This document shows positions 20,272 through 28,543 of a stretch of DNA of 64,000 nucleotides, piece by piece. The position numbers and the translations under genes are program-made. This stretch comes from a virus, in IMG/VR virus record IMGVR_UViG_3300037104_000911, positions 2,818-66,817 of that record; one strand, 5' to 3'. Every line of letters begins with the position of its first letter. Position 1 is the first letter of the stretch. Under the pieces are notes generated by a model. It was not told where the DNA came from and made no database searches. It saw nothing but the letters and a program-made list of their open reading frames with translations.

Positions 20272-21965
20272 AAGTAATAATTCAAGGGAAAAACAAAACT
20301 GTTAATCTTGAACAAAATGACTTCCTTGCAGAAGGTGGAGAAGGTAAGGTTTACGAAAAAGACGGTTTAGTTTATAAGATTTATACAGATAAAACAAAAG
20401 TAATAAAGTATGAAAAAATTCAAGAACTTTCTGTTTTAAATCTTAAAAACGTTGTTCGTCCGTTGGATTTTTTACTAGATTCTAAAAATACTCCAATAGG
20501 ATTTACAATGGAGTCTATAAAAAATACTATTCCAATTTGTAAACTATTTACCAATGAATTCAGGAAGAACAATGGAGTTCAGGATACATCAATTCAAAAA
20601 CTTGTAGATAAAATGCAGGATATTATTTATTTTATCCATGAAAAAAATATTTTATTAGTTGATGGAAATGAAATGAATTATCTTGTAAGCAAGATTGGAT
20701 TTGACAATCCGTTTTTCATTGATGTTGATTCATATCAAACCAAATCCTTTCCTGCAACAGTTATTATGCCAAGCATTAGAGATTGGCAGACAAAAGGATT
20801 TAATAATTTAACTGATTGGTATTCTTTTGCAATTGTATCATGTCAATTGTTTATTGGAATTCACCCATTTAAAGGAAAACATCAAGTCAAAGGATTGGAA
20901 GAAAGAATGAGAAAAAATATTTCCATATTTGATAAAGATGTTCATCTTCCACCTACGGTTAGAGATTTTGGGCATATTCCATCTCAATATATGACGTGGT
21001 ATAAAAAGCTATTTGAAAAAGGTGAAAGAATTCCCCCACCAATGAGTTCAGGTCTTATGAATGTAGTTCCTGTCAAAGTTAAAATTGTTCAATCGACCAA
21101 TAACTTTGAAATTTCTTTTATTAAAGAGTTTCCAGATGAAATTGTTGATATAAAATCAATGTATGGAACTCTTTATGTAAAGACAATAAAAGAAATATTC
21201 ATTGGAAATACAGGTTATAAGATAATAAATCCAAAAACAGATATTATTTTAGCTCAAGGATCCTTAAATCCTATTTTATTTAATACAAGAGATAATAACT
21301 TATATCTTCTTGATTTAGTTAATAAAAAATCTGAAATTTTGTCCATTTCAAATTCAGATAGATTACTTATAAACAATACTTTATATATTGTTAATGAAGG
21401 AAATTTATCAGAATTGAATGTTCATTATTTTAATAAAATTGTTGTTTCTATTAAATCAGTTTGGAAGATAATGCCAAAATCTAGTATACTTTTAGATGGT
21501 TTAGTTTATCAAAATGTATTAGGTAAAGCATTTTTGACAATTCCAGTTCCAGAAGAATCTTTGTCTTTAAGTTCATGTTATGAGTTTAGATTTCCAGAAC
21601 TAGATGGATATAAAATAATTTCTGGAAAACATGAAAGTAAAATTTGTATGATTGTTGGATTTAAAAATGGTAAATATTATAAATTTACTATTAAATTTTC
21701 TGATAATTATTCTACCTATCAAATAATTGAAACCAAAGAAGTTGATTTGGGGAATAACTTAAACTTCACAGTTTTATCTAATGGGATTTGTGTTTCCATA
21801 GATGAAGATGAAGAAGTTAATGTATTTTTTAATTCCTCAAAGTCAAATGTTACAAAGATAAAAGATCCTGATATAGATTCATCCATGACTTTATGTAAAG
21901 ATGGAACTAAAGTTATGTTTTATCGTGGCAGAAGTTTATATTCATTAACAATGAAGAAAAAATAA
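20268..21965 (+). CDS. Ser/Thr protein kinase (TerY-P triad type) with C-terminal beta-rich domain
   Basis: AEGGEGKVY, YKIY, HEKNILLVDGNEMNYLV, IDVDSYQ, TDWYSFAI, GIHPFKG. Confidence 0.85.
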   Translation: MKVIIQGKNKTVNLEQNDFLAEGGEGKVYEKDGLVYKIYTDKTKVIKYEKIQELSVLNLKNVVRPLDFLLDSKNTPIGFTMESIKNTIPICKLFTNEFRKNNGVQDTSIQKLVDKMQDIIYFIHEKNILLVDGNEMNYLVSKIGFDNPFFIDVDSYQTKSFPATVIMPSIRDWQTKGFNNLTDWYSFAIVSCQLFIGIHPFKGKHQVKGLEERMRKNISIFDKDVHLPPTVRDFGHIPSQYMTWYKKLFEKGERIPPPMSSGLMNVVPVKVKIVQSTNNFEISFIKEFPDEIVDIKSMYGTLYVKTIKEIFIGNTGYKIINPKTDIILAQGSLNPILFNTRDNNLYLLDLVNKKSEILSISNSDRLLINNTLYIVNEGNLSELNVHYFNKIVVSIKSVWKIMPKSSILLDGLVYQNVLGKAFLTIPVPEESLSLSSCYEFRFPELDGYKIISGKHESKICMIVGFKNGKYYKFTIKFSDNYSTYQIIETKEVDLGNNLNFTVLSNGICVSIDEDEEVNVFFNSSKSNVTKIKDPDIDSSMTLCKDGTKVMFYRGRSLYSLTMKKK

Positions 21966-21980
21966 GGAGATGAAAAAAGA

Positions 21981-22703
21981 ATGAAAAGATATTTAGTTAC
22001 AATATTATTAATGTGTGTGTTATTAATAAGTTTTGGAATTTCTGATTTACAAGCAAAAGGTGGTGGAGGGGGTGGAGGATTTTCTGGTGGCGGAGGATCC
22101 AGGGGTGGAAGTTCAAGTTTTTCTGGTGGTGGAGGATCAAGATCTTCTGCCTCTAGTTTCTCTGGAAAAACTTCTTCAAGTTCATCAGCTAAATCATCAT
22201 ATGATAGCTCAGCAAGAACTGGAGCTTCTCATGATAGTTCAAAAGCTAAATTTGATTCTTATAAATCAGTCAATAGTTCAGATTATAAGTCCTCAGGTTT
22301 AGCTGCAACAAGAGCCACAAGAGAATCCGCTGTATATACAAATTACAGACCAACAGGTTATTATACACCACGATCAACTGTAGTTATTTATAGAGATAGT
22401 TATAGCAACAATTTTCTCCAAGTTGCTACAATGATGTGGTTATTTAACCATTGGGATACAGTTGATAAATCAAGATTTGAAGAATCAAAACTAAGGGAAC
22501 TTGAAGCAAAAGTAAGAGCAATGGAATTACAAAATATGAAAAAAGATCCAAATTATGTTCAACCTGGAGTTGATCCTGATCTTGTGTATAATGCACCTAA
22601 AGAAAAAGAAAGTTCTTTTGGTTGGGTATGGATATCTCTTGTAATTATTACCCTTGCTCTTTTTGGGACTATGTTGTATTTCTTCTTTAGAAGGAGATAT
22701 TAA
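21981..22703 (+). CDS. Exported Gly/Ser-rich membrane protein
   Basis: Signal peptide, GGGG/SS-rich tract, C-terminal TM helix followed by RRR. Confidence 0.7.
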   Translation: MKRYLVTILLMCVLLISFGISDLQAKGGGGGGGFSGGGGSRGGSSSFSGGGGSRSSASSFSGKTSSSSSAKSSYDSSARTGASHDSSKAKFDSYKSVNSSDYKSSGLAATRATRESAVYTNYRPTGYYTPRSTVVIYRDSYSNNFLQVATMMWLFNHWDTVDKSRFEESKLRELEAKVRAMELQNMKKDPNYVQPGVDPDLVYNAPKEKESSFGWVWISLVIITLALFGTMLYFFFRRRY

Positions 22704-23357
22704 ATGTTTGATTTTAAAAATCCATTTAAAAAGGAAGAAAAAATACCAGAAAAAAGAAAAAAACCGGAAGATTATATTTTTAATCCTTTGGAAGTCTACT
22801 GTGGTGATTTTGTAGAAGTCACCACAGTAGAGGACACATTCACTTGCAATGTATCTGAAATTATTGAACATAGCAGATATGCTGGTGGAAATTTATTTAA
22901 ACATACGGATTATAAACTTGAAGATACTGGTAAAATCTGGGATTTAAGATTAAATTCAAAGATAAATTTTTCAGAAGTAAAAAGTCCTCAAGATTGTGAT
23001 ATGTTATTAATGAAAATATTTTACGAAGGTGAATTTGATGAAGGAATTCAAGATGCCGCAAAATGTAAAGAATTCATTAAGACAAATGAGGATGGATCAC
23101 AAATCATATTTGAAGCTTTGAAGTCTGGAAAAGAAGGATGGAATAGTAGTTTAAAAATAATTAAATCAGATGGATCTGAAGATCGTAGAAACATTAAATA
23201 TTGGGATTTTTTCAGAGAAGCAGATATAAAGTTAAATGAATTATTCTCTGGTCAAGTTTTCTTATTTGTAGAAATTGACCAAAGTGATGGATTCATTACA
23301 ATGTGGGAAGGTCATCAAATTTTAAATAGTGATATAAAAACATATCATAAAAGTTAA
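22704..23357 (+). CDS. Hypothetical protein (DUF4178-like, tentative)
   Basis: Beta-rich with YWDF..LFVEI..W.G end; lies just upstream of pspA. Confidence 0.45.
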   Translation: MFDFKNPFKKEEKIPEKRKKPEDYIFNPLEVYCGDFVEVTTVEDTFTCNVSEIIEHSRYAGGNLFKHTDYKLEDTGKIWDLRLNSKINFSEVKSPQDCDMLLMKIFYEGEFDEGIQDAAKCKEFIKTNEDGSQIIFEALKSGKEGWNSSLKIIKSDGSEDRRNIKYWDFFREADIKLNELFSGQVFLFVEIDQSDGFITMWEGHQILNSDIKTYHKS

Positions 23358-23371
23358 AAAGGAAAATAAAA

Positions 23372-23545
23372 ATGGATGAAATGATTCAGCAAGTAAAAGA
23401 AGTATTTACGACAATTGATAACGATAATGAATTTTTCAACACAGTTGCACGTCTTTGTAGAAAGGCTCGAGAAGCTCTTGAAAAAGAAGGTTTTACTCGA
23501 CAAGAAGCGCTTTCAATAATCTCAAATTATGCTGCAAAAAAATAA
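23372..23545 (+). CDS. Small hypothetical protein (57 aa)
   Basis: Open frame with ..ALEKEGFTRQEALSII; not in ORF track. Confidence 0.6.
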   Translation: MDEMIQQVKEVFTTIDNDNEFFNTVARLCRKAREALEKEGFTRQEALSIISNYAAKK

Positions 23546-23568
23546 TAAAAAAAGGAGAAATTAAAGTT

Positions 23569-24246
23569 ATGAATTTATTTGACAGGTTTTCAAATATCAT
23601 GCGGGCGAATCTAGGAGAAATGTTATCTAAAGCAGAAGATCCCGAAAAAATGATTAAGTTGTATTTGGAAGATGCAAAAAATCAACTTGAAGCATTTTCT
23701 ACAGCTGTTGGTGATGCAATTGCAACAGAAAAATTACTTCAAAAACAATATGATAATTTACTTTCCGAATATAAACATTGGGGAGAAAATGCTACTCTCG
23801 CTGTAAAAGCAAACAGAGATGATCTTGCTACAAAAGCTTTAGAACAAGAAACAAAAATTGAAGATAGAATTGAAAAGCTTAAAGGTCCTCTAGCAGATGC
23901 TCATGCACAGACAGTAAAAATGAAAGAAAACATGAGCATCTTAAAAGACAAGATTGAGGAAACTCAAGCAAACGCTGATGTTCTTATTTCAAGAGCAAAA
24001 GCAGCAAAAACAATGGTAAAATCTGCTGAAGCTTTCTCAAAAATTAGCGGTGGAAGTCCGTTAGATGAAATGGCTTCAATGGAAAAGAAAATTATGTCTC
24101 AAGAAGCACATGCCGAATCATTGGCAGACTTATCAGCTTCAAAAAGAGAAACTTTGGATGATCAATTTCAAGCACTATCATCGGGTGGTGCTGTGGCAGA
24201 TAAACTAGCTGCCCTTAAAGCAAAAGTAGCTCAACCTTCTGCATAA
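23569..24246 (+). CDS. pspA: PspA/IM30 (ESCRT-III-like) protein
   Basis: MNLFDRFSNIMRANL..KAEDPEKM; A..A...DDLA; coiled coil; LAALKAK end. Confidence 0.9.
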   Translation: MNLFDRFSNIMRANLGEMLSKAEDPEKMIKLYLEDAKNQLEAFSTAVGDAIATEKLLQKQYDNLLSEYKHWGENATLAVKANRDDLATKALEQETKIEDRIEKLKGPLADAHAQTVKMKENMSILKDKIEETQANADVLISRAKAAKTMVKSAEAFSKISGGSPLDEMASMEKKIMSQEAHAESLADLSASKRETLDDQFQALSSGGAVADKLAALKAKVAQPSA

Positions 24247-24271
24247 ATAAATTTAAAAGAAAGGGTAAAAA

Positions 24272-25567
24272 ATGACAGAATATAATACTCCAAAAATTAA
24301 CACTAATGCGTTAAGAATTGGTTATTATACTGATAAATATTTTTTAAGAACTCAAGAAATTCTCATGAAAGATAATTATGAGAAGAATGTTCATTATCAA
24401 TATTTTCCACGAAAAGATTGTGTTGTATGTGGAATAAAGCAAGTAATTCAAATTCTACATTCTTGTGTTGGATTCTATGAGGATCGAACTCAAGCATGGG
24501 AACTGTTTTCTAAAATGCAAAAAATTGATCTTTATAATTGTAAAGATTATGAAGTTGAAGATTTCTTAGGTTTAAGAAATGAGTTAAATAAATTATGGAT
24601 CCCAATGTTTTCTGAAATAGAAGTTCACGCTTTACATGAAGGTTCTGAAGTTAAAAGTATGGAACCTGTAATTGGAATCATTGGAAATCCAAAATATTTT
24701 GCTCATTTGGAAACTCCGACTTTGGGAATCCTTGCTCAACAATCAGCAGTCGCAACATCAGTCAGAAGGGCAGTTAACGCATTAGGTCCTGATAGAAACC
24801 TAATGTTTTTTCCAGCAAGATTCAGGCACTATGTATCTCAAGCTCCTGATGGATATGCCTGTTCTATTGGTGGTGTTAATTTAATGTCAACAGATGCCAA
24901 TGGAGAGTATTGGGGATATGATGGGATTGGAACAATTCCTCATTTATTAATTGCTGCTTATAAAGGAAATACTGTTGAAGCAGCTTTAAAATTTGATGAA
25001 ATTATTGATCCTAACATTAATAGAATTGTTCTTGTTGACTGGGACAATGATTGCATCGGAACAAGTTTGAAATGTGTTGCTTCGATGTTAATAAAAGAAA
25101 AATATGGAAATGTTTATAGTTCACACCCATTTTCTGATCTTCTTGTTTGCAAACAATTTTTAAGAGATAACAGACATCATGTTGATGAAGTTATAGGTTC
25201 AGGAAAAGGGAAACTTTTTGGAGTAAGATTTGATACATCTGGATCTTTAATAGATGAATCTCTTCCTAAATCCAAAGAAAACTTTGGTGTCTGTCCTCAG
25301 TTGGTTTTTGAAGCAAGAAAAACATTTGATGATCTTGGTCTTAAAAATTTAAAAATAATTGTTTCTGGTGGATTTGACCAAGAAAAAATTGAATTCTTCA
25401 ACAAATTCAATGCTCCATATGATATGATTGGAATCGGTTCTTCTATTGTAAATAAGTTTACAGTTGATTATACAGCAGATGCAGTCATGTTAAATGGAAA
25501 ACCAAATGCCAAAGTTGGTCGTGAATTGAAAAATTGGAATAGAATGAATATTGTTACATTTGTATAA
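24272..25567 (+). CDS. pncB: Nicotinate phosphoribosyltransferase
   Basis: YTDKYFLRT, LET..LG, FPARF, GTIPH, LVDWDND, GVRFDTSG, IIVSGGF, GIGS, KVGR. Confidence 0.85.
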   Translation: MTEYNTPKINTNALRIGYYTDKYFLRTQEILMKDNYEKNVHYQYFPRKDCVVCGIKQVIQILHSCVGFYEDRTQAWELFSKMQKIDLYNCKDYEVEDFLGLRNELNKLWIPMFSEIEVHALHEGSEVKSMEPVIGIIGNPKYFAHLETPTLGILAQQSAVATSVRRAVNALGPDRNLMFFPARFRHYVSQAPDGYACSIGGVNLMSTDANGEYWGYDGIGTIPHLLIAAYKGNTVEAALKFDEIIDPNINRIVLVDWDNDCIGTSLKCVASMLIKEKYGNVYSSHPFSDLLVCKQFLRDNRHHVDEVIGSGKGKLFGVRFDTSGSLIDESLPKSKENFGVCPQLVFEARKTFDDLGLKNLKIIVSGGFDQEKIEFFNKFNAPYDMIGIGSSIVNKFTVDYTADAVMLNGKPNAKVGRELKNWNRMNIVTFV

Positions 25568-25577
25568 AAGAAAAAAT

Positions 25578-25617
25578 GGAGAAACTTAATGTTTTATTAA
25601 ATTCATTAAGTTTCTCC
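25578..25617 (+). terminator. Hairpin/terminator after pncB
   Basis: GGAGAAACTTAATG/CATTAAGTTTCTCC stem. Confidence 0.6.
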
Positions 25618-25748
25618 AAAATTTAATTTAAAAAAAGTTTACAACTCCTTGATTTATAATGAGAAAATATATTTTAAAAGTTTCTCAATTATGGAATGGT
25701 TCTTGTATATATATAATACAAAGACTAAATAAAAGAGGAGGAACTAAA

Positions 25749-26024
25749 ATGAATAAAAAAATAACAACCTTAATCATGACATTAGCAGTAGTTTTATTGA
25801 CGGCAGGATTTTCAATCGCAGAAGGATCTATGACAACTGGTGGAAATTTTCCATATTTTCATTTAGGATGCCTCATAATTGGAGGTCTTATTATAACTTC
25901 AATACATTCTAAATTTAAAGAAATGAAACTTATTGAAAGTATTGGATCTTTTGCATTATATTTCATCATGGTTACTTTATTTACTGATCCAGTTGTAGAT
26001 ACCATTAAATTATTATTATCATAG
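25749..26024 (+). CDS. Small membrane protein with signal peptide
   Basis: GAGGAGG SD; three hydrophobic segments. Confidence 0.65.
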   Translation: MNKKITTLIMTLAVVLLTAGFSIAEGSMTTGGNFPYFHLGCLIIGGLIITSIHSKFKEMKLIESIGSFALYFIMVTLFTDPVVDTIKLLLS

Positions 26025-26033
26025 GAGAAAATT

Positions 26034-26240
26034 ATGAATAATAGTCTTTCTCTTTTTAATATATGCTCATGGGGATTTACAATAAGTATCTCAAGTATTT
26101 TATTTACCTATATTGGAAGACAGATGGATGTAGCATTTAATACAGAACCTCAATTCATGATTGGATTATTAATATTAGCAGTATCAATGTCTATCATGAG
26201 ATTATACAAAGATGCGATAAGTAAAAAAGATAAAGTATAA
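26034..26240 (+). CDS. AtpZ/AtpI-like small membrane protein
   Basis: G..I..SI...YIGRQMD..FNTEP.FMIGLL pattern. Confidence 0.6.
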   Translation: MNNSLSLFNICSWGFTISISSILFTYIGRQMDVAFNTEPQFMIGLLILAVSMSIMRLYKDAISKKDKV

Positions 26241-26318
26241 AAATTAGTAAAATTTAAATTAAAAATCCATTATATTTTTCATATAATGGATTTTTTGTTT
26301 TATATTAATCTCATTAAT

Positions 26319-26442
26319 AATTGGGGTAGAGATTCTGACGATAAACACCATCATCTTACTCGCACATAGGATGTATAAATGCCAATCGTCTAGCTGCTTT
26401 ATGGTGTGCTGAAGGCTGGTTAATCAGATATCTACCCCAATT
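26319..26442. ncRNA. Structured non-coding element (unknown class)
   Basis: 12-bp closing stem AATTGGGGTAGA/TCTACCCCAATT; internal crossing helices. Confidence 0.5.
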
Positions 26443-26475
26443 CTTATAAAAAATAAAGGAGGAAGAGAATAGTAA

Positions 26476-26682
26476 ATGGAAGAACTTCATATACTTTTAA
26501 TAGTAGTTTCTTTTAGCTTAATGTCATTAATTTATTTTGCAGGAATGAAAAAAATATTTGATGAAATAGTAAAATTACCAAATGTGTTAAAAACAATATT
26601 TTGGTTTACAATAATAGCAATTTCATTTTATTCTTATCTTTCAATTTATGTTTCATATGTTACTAAACTTTTAAAATTATAA
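26476..26682 (+). CDS. Small two-TM membrane protein
   Basis: AAGGAGG SD; two hydrophobic helices. Confidence 0.6.
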   Translation: MEELHILLIVVSFSLMSLIYFAGMKKIFDEIVKLPNVLKTIFWFTIIAISFYSYLSIYVSYVTKLLKL

Positions 26683-26683
26683 A

Positions 26684-27064
26684 ATGAATTGTTTAACTCC
26701 AAAAATAAATATAGCTATTGAAGAAGCGCAAAAAGGAGATCATAAGCAAATGTTAGGTTGTGTTATCTTCAATAAGAAAAAAATAATTTCAAAAGGACAT
26801 AATTCATGCTTAAAATCTGTTAAAAACTTACATCCCAAATATCAAAAATGGCCCGGTTCAGTTCATGCAGAAGTGGATGCAATAATAAAAGCCAAAACAG
26901 ATTTAAAAGGATGTGATATGTTAATTGTAAGAATCAATAAAAATAAACAATTAAGGTTAGCTAAACCGTGCGAGAGCTGTATGAATTATATAAAATATAT
27001 TGGAATTCATAAAATCTATTACACCATTAGTAATTACCCTTATATTCAAGAAGAAAAAATTTAA
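26684..27064 (+). CDS. Zn-dependent cytidine/dCMP-type deaminase
   Basis: VHAEVDAI and KPCESC motifs. Confidence 0.85.
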   Translation: MNCLTPKINIAIEEAQKGDHKQMLGCVIFNKKKIISKGHNSCLKSVKNLHPKYQKWPGSVHAEVDAIIKAKTDLKGCDMLIVRINKNKQLRLAKPCESCMNYIKYIGIHKIYYTISNYPYIQEEKI

Positions 27065-27130
27065 TTTAGTTATAAAAATTATAACTATATATTAATTAAC
27101 AGAATGAGTATTAATATATTCGTTCTCAAA

Positions 27131-27265
27131 GCCCCATACTGGAAGTCTCCTTCACAAATACTTCTTAAATTCAAAAGAAAGATGTTTTCTTTGTAAGGAG
27201 AGCATGACCCCCATCATGTTTCTCCAGTTGGGGTGAGTCATTTTTTATCTAACTAAAATGGGGGA
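27131..27265 (+). ncRNA. Structured non-coding element (unknown class)
   Basis: Three-way junction of helices downstream of a promoter-like motif at 27084. Confidence 0.45.
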
Positions 27266-27379
27266 TAAATTAAAGACTGTTTTTTCAGAAGATTCAGAAG
27301 TTTGAAAATAGTTAAATATAATTAAGAGAAAGGTTATTTTTGTTTGTAGTTTAGTAAAATTCGAAAAGGAGGCGAATTA

Positions 27380-27499
27380 ATGATTTTTGCGGTAAGTAGT
27401 AGAAGTTCTAACAACTTTTGTTTTAGCGCTGGGGGGTGCACTTGGAAAAATCGGAAAAGTTTTTTAGAAAAGATAATTTCAAAAACAAAAGAACATTAA
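27380..27499 (+). CDS. Possible 39 aa peptide
   Basis: Strong AAGGAGG SD; MIFAVSSRSSNNFCFSAGGCTWKNRK.. Confidence 0.35.
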   Translation: MIFAVSSRSSNNFCFSAGGCTWKNRKSFLEKIISKTKEH

Positions 27500-27678
27500 C
27501 ACCTGAATCAATTAAAATGAATCTTCAGAAAAAAATAAGTAATATAATTATAATTACATAAAAAATTTTAATTCGGGGATTAATTTCCCCAAGTTGAAAT
27601 TTTCTTGTCAATTTTTTTTGTTAGTTTTAAAAATTTTTACTATATATATTAATTACTATGAAAAGAATTTTTGTTTTA

Positions 27679-27908
27679 TAAATATGGGTGGCGGAATTAG
27701 ACGCTATGTAGATGATTGGATCTGAACTCCGCCTCTAAGAGGTCTATACCAAAAGTTCATGATTCTAACCGGATCATCACAAAGGTTACAATATTTCCGT
27801 GGAGAGGTTTCTGTAATGATAACTCGGTGAAGCGGGATGAGTGTAAAATAGGTGGAACCAGCGTCAGGTGGCTACCTTACCGTGTAGGGAAACCCTACCC
27901 CATATTTT
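27679..27908 (+). ncRNA. tRNA-shaped ncRNA with a large insert (element 1)
   Basis: AAATATGGG/CCCATATTT closing stem; Leu/Ser-like D arm TGGCGGAATTAGACGC; GTAGGG/CCCTAC arm. Confidence 0.55.
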
Positions 27909-27915
27909 ATATAAT

Positions 27916-28245
27916 AAACTTGATTGTAGCGGTATAGCAAGAATATACCTGCGGAAAAAGTCTCCGTCCGCGACAAATCCAGATTCCTTAATGGGAGTTT
28001 GGTCTACGGGTATGTGGAGCTGCCTGAAATGTAAGAGATAAATAATCTGTTGTCGGTAGTGAAGAGTTGAATGTGAACAACTTTTCATTATACAGGTGGG
28101 TTATGTAATCTTAATGAATGAGCGGATCACACTCTGGGATACTTCGTGGTTATATTGAGGATCCTCAGACTCTTGAGCTACAGGAGGGAGCAAACTATAG
28201 ATAGGTCAGACGGTATCGGTGAAAACCCGATCTACAATCAAGTTT
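27916..28245 (+). ncRNA. tRNA-shaped ncRNA with a large insert (element 2)
   Basis: 14-bp closing stem AAACTTGATTGTAG/CTACAATCAAGTTT; GGTATA/TATACC arm; ATCGG-TGAAAAC-CCGAT T-arm-like. Confidence 0.55.
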
Positions 28246-28291
28246 TTTAAAAAATAATAAAAAAATAAAAATAGATTAAAAGGAGAATAAA

Positions 28292-28438
28292 ATGGTTTTA
28301 ACAATAGAATTTAAAAAAAATACTTTTTCATTTTTTCCATATCGGGTTAGTATCAAATCCAGTCCACTATCATTTCAGTGGTTATGGTGGGTCTTTGATG
28401 TTAGTTTTAATGATTATAGGATTAGAGATAAAATTTAA
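28292..28438 (+). CDS. Small hypothetical protein (48 aa)
   Basis: AAGGAG SD plus open frame. Confidence 0.45.
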   Translation: MVLTIEFKKNTFSFFPYRVSIKSSPLSFQWLWWVFDVSFNDYRIRDKI

Positions 28439-28449
28439 TTCAGATATAT

Positions 28450-28521
28450 GGGTCCGTAGATCAGAGGCAGATTAATCTGCGCATAGTCGATCAGTTAGAG
28501 ATTTATATCCTCTTGGACCCA
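28450..28521 (+). pseudogene. Degenerate tRNA (CAT anticodon)
   Basis: GGGTCCG/TGGACCC acceptor and GATC/GATT D arm; mismatched anticodon and T arms (TTTATAT loop); no CCA. Confidence 0.5.
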
Positions 28522-28543
28522 CTATCTTAAAAAGGAGCTAAAA

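Noticed and set aside
26334-26415. Hammerhead ribozyme suggested by CTGACGA
   Set aside because: No correctly placed GAAA or NUH site, and the CTGA is paired in the closing stem.
27716-28088. ORFs 27716-27937 (+) and 27864-28088 (-)
   Set aside because: They lack an SD, have atypical composition and overlap strongly base-paired ncRNA candidates.
27916-28245. tmRNA, RNase P RNA or group II intron
   Set aside because: There is no GGGG/CCA tRNA-Ala-like domain or Ala-Ala tag, no proper GAGGAAAGUCC/P4 pairing, and no domain V AGC triad.
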